Shown piece by piece: positions 51,212-63,969 of a DNA stretch of 64,000 bases. Source of the DNA: Narcine bancroftii (taxonomy: Eukaryota); NCBI RefSeq assembly GCF_036971445.1, contig NC_091481.1, positions 73,346,001 through 73,410,000 on the forward strand. The letters are read 5' to 3'. A program made the translations under genes and the position numbers. Every line of letters starts with the position of its first letter. Positions within the stretch are counted from its first letter, which is position 1. The notes beneath the pieces are model-generated. The model was not told the DNA's origin. It searched no databases and saw only the letters and a program-made list of their open reading frames with translations.

Positions 51212-51589
51212 GTAAGAAACAGGAATAAAGTGACGTCTAAGCTTGAAATACAGTGGGAATAAAATAATTGGGTCATCCTGTTGACACAGTCAACCCTGCC
51301 AAATGAACATCAAGCTGTGAGTTTGCACCGACTGCCTTGCTAGGAGAGAGTGCTTTAAGTTTCTCATCCGAACACAAGTCGAACTGACTTGTTATTAGTG
51401 GAGCAGGGTGATGGATGTTGAAGCTTTGAATCTAACCTGCAGACAGTGAGAACTAGTCAGCACATCTTGATCCAAACCAGTAAATGAATCCCATTCTTGG
51501 AGAGACATGGGAGACTGCAAACGCTAGAATCTGGAGCATCGTACGATCTGCTGGAGGAACTGGGGGATGAGCAGCACACAGTCAGACTC

Positions 51590-52060
51590 CACCACCCTGG
51601 CAAGGCATTCCAGGCACCCACAAACCTTGTGTATTTAAAAAAACCTTACCCTTGACGGTGCCTCCCTTCACTTTGTGGAGATGTCCCCTGGTGTTTGCTA
51701 TTCCTGCCCTGAGGAAAAAGATGCTGGGTGTCCACCTTATCTGTACCTCTCAGAATCTTGCAGACACCTATTAAGTTTCCTCTCATCTTTCTTCGCTCCA
51801 AAGAGAAAAGTCCTAGCTCTGCCAACCTTGCTTCAAAAGACTTATTTTCCAATTCAGGCAGCATCCTGGTAAATCTCCTCTGCACCTTTTCCACAGCTTC
51901 CACATCATTCCTATAATGAAGTGACCAGAACTGAACACAATACTCTAAGTGTGGTCTCATCACAGATTTGTAGAATTGCAACATGACCTCCCAACTCTTG
52001 AACACAATCCCCCATTAATGAAGTCCAGCGTCCCATAGGCCTTATCTATCCATCAACCTG
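51590..52060 (-). mobile_element. CR1-clade LINE 3' fragment
   Basis: FKSWEVMLQFYKSVMRPHLEYCVQFWSLHYRNDVEAVEKVQRRFTRMLPELENKSFEARLAELGLFSLERRKMRG. Confidence 0.9.
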
Positions 52061-52854
52061 CATGCGATTTAAAAAAAAATTTAATCAACACATATAGAAT
52101 TATAATAACAAACAGTGGTAAATAACCATAATATAGTGTTAACAAAACTAAAAACTAATTTAAAATTTAAAAAAAATCCTTCCATCCCCCAAACTTAATC
52201 CAATCCCATAACCAAACTACATAATATCTTTACTGCATGATATTTAATTCAGATTGCATCAGACGACACTCAGAGATCCCAGAAATATCATAAAATTGTT
52301 ATTCTTTCAGGGAAAACTTCACTGGTCAGGAGAATTTTTTTTTAAATTATAATTTTAACCTCATAATTCTAGCATATGGGCTCCAAATTTGTAGAAATAA
52401 GGAATATTTTCCCCTCAAATTGAAAGTAATTTTTTTTCTAAAGGAATACAACTTTGACTCTCTGTATGCCATATGTCTAATGTTAATGAAACATCAGATT
52501 TCCATGTTACAGCAATATATTTTCTTGCTATTACTAAACCTAACTTAACAAATTTTAATTGAGAATCTGACAACAATAATTGAGGAATAACACTTTCAAA
52601 ATTTCCTAACCACAATAATTCAGGATTTAATGGAAAAATCACTCCAGTAATTCATTGACTTATGTTCTAGATTCCCTGATGCCTCTTATTTAAGAATAGA
52701 TTCCAGCATTTTCCATACTACTGGCTTTAGGCTAATTGGTCTACAGTTCCCTGTTTTCTCCCCTCAAACAACGGAGTGATTGCGTTGGTCTAAAATGTGG
52801 CAACCATTCTCGACTTTGCATGGTCCGACTGTGATTGGATACATTTCATTCCAG

Positions 52855-53037
52855 GGGCACCTCCATTCATAAGACCGCCAGGGTTACCTGGAATCAGAGG
52901 ACCGATTCCAAGATTGCTTCCCCCCGGACCACCGCCTGGGCGACCTCCAGGCCCACCACCGGGGCCCCCACCAGGCCTGCCCCCAGGCCCACCACCTAGA
53001 GGACCTCCGCCCAGGTTGCCACCACCTGCACCCCCAG
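52855..53037 (+). CDS. WBP11: WBP11 coding exon 10
   Basis: APPFIRPPGLPGIRGPIPRLLPPGPPPGRPPGPPPGPPPGLPPGPPPRGPPPRLPPPAPP(G); 183 nt. Confidence 0.97.
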
Positions 53038-53517
53038 GTAAGTAATATGGAGGCGGGGGGGGGGAGGAAGAGGAGGGGAGGGGAGAGATGGGGAGAAGGC
53101 TTCTTCACTGCCAGCTTGTCTCCCCCTTTGTCTACCCCCCACCCCCTTCGACAACTTAAAACTTGTTTTCTCTCCTTCGGGTCTTTGTCCCGAATGTTTC
53201 TCCTTCTGCAGATGCTGCTTGATCTAAAGTGTCTTGAGCATTTTGTGCCTTTGTTTCCGATTTACAGCAGCTTTTTGTTTTAATTTTTTAGATATTGGAA
53301 ATATAATGATTGTGGAGACCAACATCTGAAATATTAAATGAGAAAGGAAGTTTATCGACAATTATATTTTAGTTTTGATTGTATTTTGTCCTTCTTATCA
53401 TGAATGCAGCATGCATTGTTTGACAGATTTTTTTTAAACTACAGTTTTTTTTTGTTCTTGATGGAAAGTAATAATTCATTGATTTTTCTGAAGTTGTTTA
53501 AATATTCCACTCCCCAG

Positions 53518-53933
53518 GTATCCCACCACCCCGGCCAGGTATGATACGCCCACCGCTGGCTCCTCCACTTGGGCCTGCACCACCAGGATTATTCCCTCCA
53601 GGCCCAGTGCCAAACCCTGGTGTCCTCAGTGCACCACCGAGTCTCATCCAGCGTCCAAAGATGGACGAGAATGTCACCACCATCGAGAAGAAAGCAATCG
53701 CCACGATAAGTGCAAAGCCCCAAATCACCAATCCAAAGGCAGAGATCACTCGCTTTGTGCCCACTGCCCTGAGAGTTAAACGGGAAAGCAAGAGTCAGGT
53801 GCCACTGAAGAAAGGCGAGGAAGAGATTGTTGCCCCGACAAAGCCCGTACCAAAAGCTTCACCTGCTGTCTCAATCCAAACTAAGGATGACATATATGAG
53901 TCTTTCATGAAAGAAATGGAAGGTCTTTTATAA
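53518..53933 (+). CDS. WBP11: WBP11 last coding exon
   Basis: IPPPRPGMIRPPLAPPLGPAPPGLFPP...ATISAKPQITNPKAEITRFVPTALRV...QTKDDIYESFMKEMEGLL*. The total spliced CDS is 1905 nt (634 aa). Confidence 0.97.
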
Positions 53934-54650
53934 CTACTCAGACTTGGCCCCTTGTCGTCTCGTCTTAGACTTTCATCCTCTCAGCAATTTTTCTTTTGAG
54001 ATATGAATACTGTATGTTCAACCCAAGTTTGTTTTGTTTAAAAAACCCTCACTCCTGTCATATGAATGCTTGAATTTTGCAGTTGAGGACAGACCCTCAC
54101 TTTGTGAGCTTTCAACAATATGGCTAAAAATCAGACACACACTGCTGCCCATTGGCAAATAGTGGTTAAAAGACCAATATAAATCATTTGTTATGGTCGT
54201 TGGTAAGAATAAGCATTGGGGCATCGTGACCAGAACGTAAAGGATAGTTCCTTCATTGGAAAAGCTGTCAGCATGGAGTTGTAGAATCAACTTTTTGCAA
54301 AAAATGCTGGGAGAAATGATTGCATTTGTGTGCAGCAACAACAGGAGTTCCCAGTGGTAAGTGTTTTATCCTTTAGCATTCAAGGCAGCATGGTTGGCAT
54401 TGCAGTTAGCGCAATGCTATTAGAGCCAGTGACTCAGGTTCAAATCTGGTGCTGTCTGGTACATTCTCCCCACGTCTGCATGGATTTCCTCCGGGTGCTC
54501 CAGCTTCCTCCCACCTTTCAAAAAAATATGAGGGTTGTAGGTTAATTAATATATTTGGGCAGTATGGGCTCGTGGACTGGAAGGGCATGTAACTGTGCTG
54601 TATGTCTAAATGCTTCGAGTATGAGAAAGTAGTTCAGATTATATCATCTT

Positions 54651-54656
54651 AATAAA
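54651..54656 (+). terminator. Candidate WBP11 polyadenylation signal AATAAA
   Basis: First canonical AATAAA noticed after the stop codon, followed by T-rich sequence. A longer 3'UTR is also possible. Confidence 0.4.
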
Positions 54657-56899
54657 ATTGCTTTTTGATGCAATTATTAGACGTCAACTTGATAAGAAGA
54701 GGGGAATTCTCCTATTGAGCTTTACTAAAACTACTATCTACAATTCTTCCCAATGTTGTGTGTGTGTGTATATAGTACGTGGCATGATGAGGAAAACGGT
54801 GCTGTGAACTTGGCACACGGAGATTCCTGTACTGTCCCTGCCCATCATTTATATATATAAGTGGTATCTCTCGTCTTCCTGGAAACTAATGCTGTTCTCT
54901 TTCTGTTTTCATACATTAACCATTTTGGTTATGTATCTGTACTAGTGAAGACAGCAGTAGAAATGGAATGATACTGGTTAGATTTCTCTTGTTGCATTAA
55001 TTCGAGGAATCCCTTTAAAATTTTTTTGAAAATTGAAAAATATTAACATAAGTCATTTTACATCAGAACGCAGTGTGATATCAAAAAATCTGGTGTTTAA
55101 TTTTATTTAGATTTTCCATGGAAAAGGAAGACATTTTCATTCAGATTTGGGAAGATAATTTTGAAAACTATATCCTCGGTGTAATTTTGTTTGCATATCT
55201 GTTACAATTGCTGAGAAAATGTTTCTATTGACACCTACACATAAAACTAGTTTCCATGTTGTTTGACATCCTGCATTACATAAGTTTCAGGCATGGATTT
55301 TTAAACGCATCCCAGTGTTGTCGTCACCTCCATTTAATGTTCTGATGTATTCTAGGGAAAAGGAAATGAACTAATGAATAATGTTGTTCTTATGCAGCAC
55401 TAATTTATCATAAAGTGCTGTAATACCTGTAAGCACCAATATTTCAGCCAACCGTGATAGATTTCAAAACATTCTGCAGATGCACCTGCTTTAAGCCAAT
55501 GTTGTATAAAACTAGAAGTTTCCTGGTTACATGTTATGGAAATGGATGGCAACACAATTTCATCTAATATTCCAAGTACAGGAATTTTAAAAGTATTCAT
55601 TGAGGTGAGTTATTGTACTTTTGATTCGGATGAAGTAAACAGAATTGGTTCAATGATCTCTTGCTTTTATTTATAATTAATGTGATATTACCACCTCCAT
55701 GCTAATTGACTGCCACATTTCCTTCGTTACAACATACTGTGCATAAACATCAGTGGCTCTAATGCACTTCCAGATGAACTGAACGCGTGTGAAAGACGCA
55801 TTTGAAATGAATCTGCCTTTTTATCCAAGTGTTCCTGGTTGTTTTAACTGCTCCCAACAATCCACTTGGGATAGCTAGAATTTTGTTTAATGCAATGTGC
55901 ATTCATGTTTTGGCCAGATGCTTCTATCAGCAAATGTTTATTTTACAGCATTTTGTGTTGAATGGGAAATGAAAGAAAGTTGTTATAGTTGGATAGTACT
56001 GCAAGAACATAGGAAATTAGTATAGGACAAGGCCATTTGGCCCTTTAAACTTCCCCCACCTTTCATTAATTGCTGTACTTCAACTGTAGCAATTCTCTTC
56101 ATGTTCAGAAAACTATTAATTGAGGTTTTGAATAAACTCAACAATTGAGCCTCCACAGCTCTTTGCTGAGGGAATTCCAAAGGTTCTGTATTAAGAAATT
56201 TCTAATGTGGCCTGAAACTGTCTCCCAGGTCAGAGACTCCTCAGCTGGAGGAAGATCTTCCCTGCATTTTTCATGTCAAGAATATTGCTCTTTCAATGAG
56301 ATCACCTCTCATTCTGAACTCAATGGAATACAGTGCCAGCTTACAAAATCTGGCAATATCCACCATCCCTGGAACTAGTCTACAAAATCTTATTTGCACT
56401 CCGATGGCAAGAATATTCTTGGGTAAGAACAAAAGTATGCCTAATACCACATACTAGTATCACCATTTGCAATAGGATAAGCATACTCCTGCATTCAAAT
56501 CCTTTTTTAATAAAGGCCAATATATCATTTGCTCTCAATCATTTCTCACTGGAATTTTATAGATGAGGGGTTCTTATAGAAATGTATGCAAGGCGTAAAT
56601 AAGATAGGTAAGTTGTTCCCATTGGTGGGGGAAAACAGAACAGGGGACATAGCCTCAAGATCTGGGGTAGAAGAAAAGGATAGAGATGAGGAGGAACTGC
56701 TTTTCCCTGAGGGGGGTGAATCTGTGGAATTTGCTACCCATTGAAGCAATGGAGGCAACCTCAGTAAATATATTTAAGACTGGATAGAATTTTACAGAGT
56801 AGGGAAATTAAAAGATATGGGGAAAAGGAAGGTCAATGGAGATGAGCCATGATCTTATTGAATGGTGGAGCAATATTCCGAGTATAACAGCCACTTATT

Positions 56900-59620
56900 A
56901 ATTTTAAAAAATATAATTATCATGTGAAACATGTAATTTTTTCCATTATTAAACAATATTTCATCTCATTATTCCATCTATTAATATCAATCATATTTGT
57001 ATCTTTCCACGTAATAGCAATACATTTTTCCACTACGGATAAAGCTAAATATACAAAAGCAAGCTGAAACTTATCTAATCCCAAGCCTTTCAGAGGTTGC
57101 AAACTACCCAATAAAAATACTGTTGGATCTAAAACTATTTCAATCTTATACAGATATTCTAAAAACGATTGAATTTTCTTCCAAAAAGATTGCATATGTA
57201 TACATGACCAAAGAGCATGAAAAAAAAGTTCCAACTGTATCACCACATCTAAAACACAAGTCTGATTCATTAGAACCATATTTTTTTAAATTTTTCAGGT
57301 GTCAAATATAATTGATGTAAAAAATTGTAATTAATCATTGCAGAACGTGCATTTATCAATCTAGTTACACTATCATAACAAATATCTAACCAATCTTCTT
57401 CAGAAAAAGTAAAACCAATATCCGTTTCCCATTTAATTTTAGATCTATCGCAACCCTTTTTATCCATACCATCCTGTAATATTTGATACATAAATGAAAT
57501 ATAACCCTTCTCTGGTACTTTCATAAGGGAAGTCTCAAATTTAGTTATTTTAGGTAAAATCATATCTCTACCAAACATACATTTTACCAAAGATCGAATT
57601 TGATAATAAAGAAATAAAGAATTCTTATCAATACCAAAATCTTCCCTCATCTGATTAAAAGATAAAAACTTACCCTCTTTAAAACAATCTCCCAAATTTT
57701 CCACACCTTTAAATCTCCAATGCAATAAACCTTGATTATGTATTGAAAAAGAAATAAGTTGATTATTATACAACGGAGTCAAAGCCAATAATTTACCCCT
57801 AGAAGCTATCATTTTACTTTATCCTTTCTTTCTTTGGCTTGGCTTCGCGGACGAAGATTTATGGAGGGGGTAAAAAGTCCACGTCAGCTGCAGGCTCGTT
57901 TGTGGCTGACAAGTCCGATGCGGGACAGGCAGACACGGTTGCAGCGGTTACTTCATTAAATGTTTTAATATAGGCACATTATATTGTTGTAACAAATTCA
58001 TATTCCACCTAAACAAAAACTGATGTATTTCAAATTCAGAAATACTTGCCATCTCAATTTTAGCCCAACTAGGAGGCCGTACCAAATCCATCAATAAACA
58101 AATAAATTTAAGTTGGCTGTCTCATAATAATTTTGAAAACGTGGTAAACGTAATCCCCCTAACTCATATTTCCAAGTTAATTTATTCAAAGCTACTCTCG
58201 AAAATTTACCCCTCCATAAAAACTCCCTAACCATTTTATTTAAATCTCAAAAAAAAATTATCAAGTAAATACGGAATAGATTGAAATAAATATTGTATAC
58301 GCGGAAAGATATTAATCTTAATTGTATTTATCCTTCCCATTAAATTAATAGGTAAATCTTTCAATTTAATCAAATCAGTTTTAATTTTTTAAATTAACGG
58401 AGCATAATTTAATTTATATAAAGATTGATCATTAACATTCAAAATTACACCCAGATATTTAATTCGATCAGTCCATTTCAAATTAATAATATTCTTATAA
58501 ACTGAATAATCTCCTTCACTTACCGGTAATATTTCACTTTTTTCCCAATTAACTTTATATCCAGAAGACATCCATATTATATTAAATATTCCTTCAAGTG
58601 CAAAAGTGACTGAGCTGGGTTTGTTAAATACACCAATACATCATCAGCAAATAAATTAATTTTATATTCCTCATCTTTCATACTTTGTATCTGTGTATTT
58701 TGTCTTATCAACTGTGCTAAAGGTTCAATCACTAACACAAACAAAGCTGGTGATAAAGGACAACCTTGACGAGTTGATCGAGTTAACTTAAAAGATTCTG
58801 AAATCAAACCATTCGTCAATACTCTAGCTACCGGTTTACTATATAGAGCCCTAATCCAACCAATAAAAGAAGGACCAAACTTAAATTTCTCCAAAACTTT
58901 AAACAAAAAATTCCATTCAACTCTATCAAATGCTTTTTCTGCATCTAAGGATATCACCATTGGATGATCTAAAGATTGTTGAAATCTATTAATCAAATAA
59001 TCACTCGCAAAATATTATCTGAAGCATATCTATTCTCTATAAAACCTGTTTGGTCAATATGTATCAACTTTGGTAAAAAAATTAGCCAATCTATTCGCTA
59101 ATACTTTAGCTATTATTTTATAATCTACATTTAACAACGAAATTGTCTATATGAAGATACCTTCAAAGGATCTCTATCTTTTTTAGGAATTACTGTAATG
59201 AAAGCACTAGAACAAGACTCAGAAAAATCATAATATTCTCCAACTTGACGTAATACATCCCCAAACACTGTAGATAAATCATCATTAAAAATTTTATAAA
59301 ATTCAACCGAAAATCCATCATCACCAGGCGATTTACCATTTGGCATTTCCAGCATAACCATTTTAATTTCTGAATCAGTAAATGGTTCTTCTAACTCCTG
59401 TTTATCTCCATCCTCTAATATCGGTAAATTCAACTGTGATTAAAAAAAAAATCAATTGATCCAGTTTCCTGTTTTCCTTCAGATATATATAACTTTTTAG
59501 AAAATGAATAAAATTCATCATTAATCTCACGAGGTTTATACGTAATAAGAGAATTCTGTCTAACAGCATTAAGACAGTGAGACTGTTGAATAATCCTAGA
59601 AACCCCTGAATTATTTTTAT
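56900..59620 (-). mobile_element. L1-clade LINE ORF2, 5'-truncated and disrupted
   Basis: Reads GKSPGDDGFSVEFYK...IPKKDRDP...SYR; SLDAEKAFDRVEW; TRQGCPLSPALF; LFADDVLVY; SGYKVNWEKSE; then a C-terminal zinc-knuckle region. Several stops and frameshifts. Confidence 0.93.
57825..57949 (-). mobile_element. RTE 3' terminal fragment nested inside the L1
   Basis: Reverse complement is nearly identical to 41977-42100 (tail aaatcttcgtccgcgaagccaagccaaagaaagaaa). Confidence 0.9.
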
Positions 59621-59809
59621 ATATTATTTTATTTATATGTTGTTTGTATGTAGGGTGTACCATGGCCTGGAGAGATGCTGTTTCATCAGGTATTTGTACA
59701 ATCAGATGATGATAAATGAAGTTGAACTGGGGCAATTTTCTGTTATTGTTTCTTGCATTTGCATTCTATCTTGGCTTTTAAACAAAATACTGATTTATTG
59801 GTGCTCTTA

Positions 59810-60570
59810 GAACCATAGAACATTACAGCACAGAAAACAGGCCATTCAGCCCTTTTAGTCTGTGCTGACTACCACTCCGCTAGTTCCACTGTTGGTAGTG
59901 ATCAGCCATGATCTGTAAAATGGTGGTGCTGGCTCGACGGGCCGAAGGGCCTACTCCAGCTCCTATTGTCTATCCCGTCCAATCTATTCTTAAAACTTCC
60001 ACAATTCTCTGAGTGAAGAATTTCCCCCTAATGTTCCCCCTAAACTTTTCCCCTTTCAGCTTAAAACCGTGTCCTCTCATTTTTATCTCCCCCAATCTGT
60101 GGAAAAAGCCTACTTGCATCCACTCGGTCTATACTCTCATAATCTTGAAAACGTCTTATGAAATCTCCCTTCATTTCTTCTTCACCCCAAGGAATAAAGT
60201 CCTAACCTGTTTAATCTTTCGCTATAACTCAATTCCTGTAACCCTACATCCTAGTAAATCTTCTCTGCACTCTTTCAATCTTATTGATAGCCTGGGCAAC
60301 CAGAACTGCCCACTAAATACTCCAGATTTGTCCTCGCCGACGTCTTAAACAACTTCAATGTAACATCCCAACTCCTCTACTCAATACTTTGATTTATAAG
60401 GGCTAAGATGCCAAAAGCTTTCTTGACATCCCCGTCCATCTGCAACACCCCTTCAGGGTACAATATATCTATATCCCCAGATCTCTCTGCTCCTCCACAC
60501 TCCTCGGTGCCCTATTCCTACCTTGGTTTGCCTTTCCAAATTGCAGCACCTCACACTTAAACTCCATTTG
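59810..60570 (-). mobile_element. CR1-clade LINE 3' fragment
   Basis: Begins 'tagaaccatagaacattacagcacagaaaacaggccattcagccc', the reverse complement of the CR1 tail, followed by degenerate RT C-terminal sequence. Confidence 0.7.
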
Positions 60571-60849
60571 CTGAGTTTCTCCAGGAGTTTGCTTTTTATT
60601 CCCTATAACATCACAGTCTCTTATGCAGGTCCGGATTAAGGCCAATTGATGCTGTAACCACAGCCCAACAATGGGTTCCCCCTGGACCTAACTGTCAAGA
60701 CATTAAGACTCGAGAAACGCTGAACGTGAAATAATAGATTAAAAAATTCCGTTTTCTTCCAGGCCAGACCCCGCCTCGATATTAAATCGAACCTGGAGAT
60801 GGGTTTTCTCCATTTATTGTGGGTTCAGCTGCACCCAGGTGAATCCGGA

Positions 60850-61265
60850 AAACTCTGGGGTGCCCGAAACACGAGCTTATTTGGCTTCATGGTTAATCTT
60901 GTCATGGGCCTTTGGTCAGAATTTACCGCGCTCTTGGTTTGACCCGGACCCGTGAGGGGACAGTCGTTCCCGGACCAGCCGCCTGCCCCAGGGCATGCCG
61001 GGATACCAGCCCAGCGGTCCGCGGGGCACGCTGGGATCACTATGGCAACCGGGTCGCCAACATGGAGCCGCTGGGCCGGGTGGGTGCGGGTCCCGCACGT
61101 TTCAGTCGGGAGAATCGGCTCGAGCGGAAGGGAAAGCCGTTCTGACAGCGTGAACGTGGGTGCCCGGGGCCCCCGTGCGAGATGCTGCAGCCAGTCCGCG
61201 CCCACCGCGTCGGGCCTGAGGCCTTGCTCAAGGAGGCAGCGAAAAGCACGAACCCCCGCACACTC
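60850..61265 (+). promoter_or_regulatory. CpG-island promoter with RFX X-box (ATCACTATGGCAAC, 61036-61049)
   Basis: CpG-dense island. The 14-mer fits the X-box consensus RTHNYYWTRRNRAC at every position and ends 12 bp upstream of cgccaacATGG. Confidence 0.65.
61062..61079 (+). CDS. Unidentified acidic protein, putative coding exon 1 (MEPLGR)
   Basis: Strong Kozak aacATGG and donor CGG|gtgggt. Phase 0 joins the exon at 62517. Confidence 0.55.
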
Positions 61266-61266
61266 C

Positions 61267-61366
61267 GGGGGGGGGGGAGGGGAGGGGAGGGGGGGAGGGG
61301 AGGGGGGGAGGGGAGGGGGGGAGGGGAGGGGGGGAGGGGAGGGGGGGAGGGGAGGGGAGGGGGGGA
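61267..61366. repeat. G-rich tract (ggggaggggggga)n, G-quadruplex prone
   Basis: About 100 bp of G/A only. Confidence 0.9.
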
Positions 61367-62516
61367 GTTCGAGCGCAATGCTCGGCAAACTCAGCAGGTC
61401 AAACGGAGTCTTTCATCAAGGCTCTGTAGAGAGCAAAAAGCAGGCAGGCATCAGAATTAAAGACCAGGGCAAGAATTGGAGGGAGAAGAGTCCAGACCAG
61501 CAGACAAAGGGCTTAATTGGATATGTTCAGGGGAGGGTGAGAATTGATTTTGGCCCTGTGGTCGGTCATGTGTCTTGACCTCCTGTGGATGCGATGGGAC
61601 TCCGGCATCTCTTATGTTTTTACTACAACCACTGTGTCCGCAGACTTTCGTGTGTCACACCATATTCAGTATTGAGTCCAGAAGGGTGTAACTGTGCTGA
61701 GACAGGTCTGTTCCTCAAACTCACATTGCACCCAGTATATGAAGCCATAGACTAATAGTTAAAGTGTAATACTAATAATTAAAGTGGTCGGGAATGGGAA
61801 TTTTCCTGTGCAAATTAAATGCAGGTGTTCCCAAACGAGTCATTGGGTTTCTTCAACGTCCAGGAGAGCACGTGGTGAACTGGCCTCCTGAATGTTTCCA
61901 GGGTTTTCTGTTTTTATTTTAGTTTTGCATCATCTGCAGTTTTTTTAAAACCTTTTTTAAGCTTAATTCTCAATTCCTGCACCAGAAACCTAAACACTAA
62001 TTTTACACCAACTCAGCCAGGTTAACTCCAGACCCTCTGTTGTGTCAGATGGATGTGAAAAATCCTTCATCACATCGGAATCAATATAAAAGGATATCAA
62101 GAGCCCATTGTATCCATGTTAGGCCATGAAAGGTTACTTCAGCTAATCCTACAAAATTTTAAACAATCTCAGTGGCTCTACACATTTTGAGTAGCCTTCA
62201 GGCTGAGAAAACTGGAATACAAAGGGATAGCTTTGATGTGGTTTTCAGTGAGAAGTTACACTGGGGCCTTTACTAAGCACTTGAGTAACTCAAAACAGCT
62301 TCACCAGAAACTAAGCCAACATATGGCAATTACAAATCTTCAGCAAAGCACAGCGTCCAAGTTCACACCCCTCAGTAGTGTTTGAAGGCTGAGACTGACT
62401 TTTGTAGTGATCAAGACACCATTGAACTTGAATCTTTTCATATTTGAAATGTTCTAGTTGATTCTTGTACAAACATTGATGCAAACTTTTGACATATTAA
62501 TTTTCTTCTCTTACAG

Positions 62517-62553
62517 CAACAGTCAGAGACAAACCAAGCCCACCTGAGGGAAG
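62517..62553 (+). CDS. Unidentified acidic protein, exon 2
   Basis: ttttcttctcttacag|CAACAG...GAAG|gtgagt; QQSETNQAHLRE; 37 nt. Confidence 0.65.
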
Positions 62554-62899
62554 GTGAGTATCACTGTGTAAACCTAGAGGTGCAAGACTGTGTTTGATCT
62601 TTGTATTTCTTTCTTACAGATGGTAACTATATTTCTGGATTTAATTACTGACTCCATGATGCTTCTTGTTACACTTCATTACAATAATGTTGCACCATTG
62701 ACTGTTATGATGCTTGGGGAAGTCACAAGGTTGTCAAACAATTTGTAAAGCATGATCTTTTCACCTACTGTGCAACTTTTACTGCAATGTTTAGTGATTT
62801 TTCACATATCCTTTATGTGGACAGCATGAAGTGTTTGCTTTAAAGCTCATTGTGAAAGAATTATTTTTTTTTTTCTCACCTTCCTCCAACCAACTGAAG

Positions 62900-63013
62900 A
62901 AAGAAATGAGGCTGAAGTTGAGGCTGGGGGAGGTCCACAGATGCTGACGATTGAGGGACCTGGTGATGGTGCCCTTGGGCAGCCGGACACTGCTAAAGGA
63001 ACATGGGAGAAAG
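62900..63013 (+). CDS. Unidentified acidic protein, exon 3
   Basis: Polypyrimidine tract then ctgaag|AA AGA AAT GAG...GAG AAA G|gtgaga. Reads (E)RNEAEVEAGGGPQMLTIEGPGDGALGQPDTAKGTWEK; 114 nt; phase 1-1. Confidence 0.6.
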
Positions 63014-63780
63014 GTGAGAGTCTGAATGATCCTCTGATCGGCCATTTGATGCAAGAGGAAAGCAATGGACAAGTACGGCCAATTGCCTACAACAAAAAAA
63101 TTGGTGGAGATACTCAGTGGGTCAAGCAGTGTCTGCACCCATTTACCGATTTCATAAACTTATTGTGATCCTTGGTTCTAATAGTCATAGAGCGCATAAA
63201 TAAACCCTGTAGCTCACAGGAGCCTTGCAAAGAATCCAGTATTTATTCTTGCCACATTTCTGTCAACTTGCCCAGGATTCTACCACTCAGCCACATGCTC
63301 AGGATAACCTGGAGAAATCCATGCAGTCACAGGGAGAATGTACAAACCCCCACAGAGAGACCACAAGATTAACTGTTGGTTGCTGTAGTGTGAAGCTGCA
63401 TCTCTACTCATGTACCACTATTCTATTACCTTACACACTGATTACTACATCTGAGGCTAACGAGTTCTTTATGGGGAATCCAGGGCATTGAAAGGAATTG
63501 TGGTAATGCTAATTATTCTGTCTCATTCTGCACAGGTAGATTTCAGATTTATTGTACATACATGACACCACATACAACCCTGTGATTCTTTTTCCTGTGG
63601 GCCAGGCAGAATTATCGCTTATTGCTGTACACCCAAGGGGAGAAAAAGGGAGTGAGGGACACCAACAATAGTCATGGGGCAATTTTTGTTGGCATGCAAT
63701 TTATTTTCAAGCTGGAAGTTTAGCCAAAATGTTCTTCATTTCTAGCGGAAAGAATAACACAGTTTTGTTTCTCTTTGTAG

Positions 63781-63969
63781 GTTCAGAGATCGTTGATGAA
63801 TCAGCAGAAGAGAGAGAGCAAGTGGACGTAATCGAAACAGTGAAAGATGATGAGGTGAAGGAAATGTCTCTGATATCTAGCAGCGAAGTAGCTTCCCAAG
63901 AAATGCAAGTGTCTAAAAGTGAAGAAACATCAATTTTTGAGAAACAAAGTGAAATGAGCAGAAATATAG
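63781..63969 (+). CDS. Unidentified acidic protein, exon 4 (gene continues beyond the window)
   Basis: ttctctttgtag|GT TCA GAG...AAT ATA G|gtatgt. Reads (G)SEIVDESAEEREQVDVIETVKDDEVKEMSLISSSEVASQEMQVSKSEETSIFEKQSEMSRNI; 189 nt; phase 1-1. Confidence 0.75.

Noticed and set aside
60825-61578. Long overlapping ORFs of 187 and 208 aa
   Set aside because: GC-rich CpG island plus G-tract with few stop codons. A short exon 61062-61079 with a good donor fits the downstream exons better.
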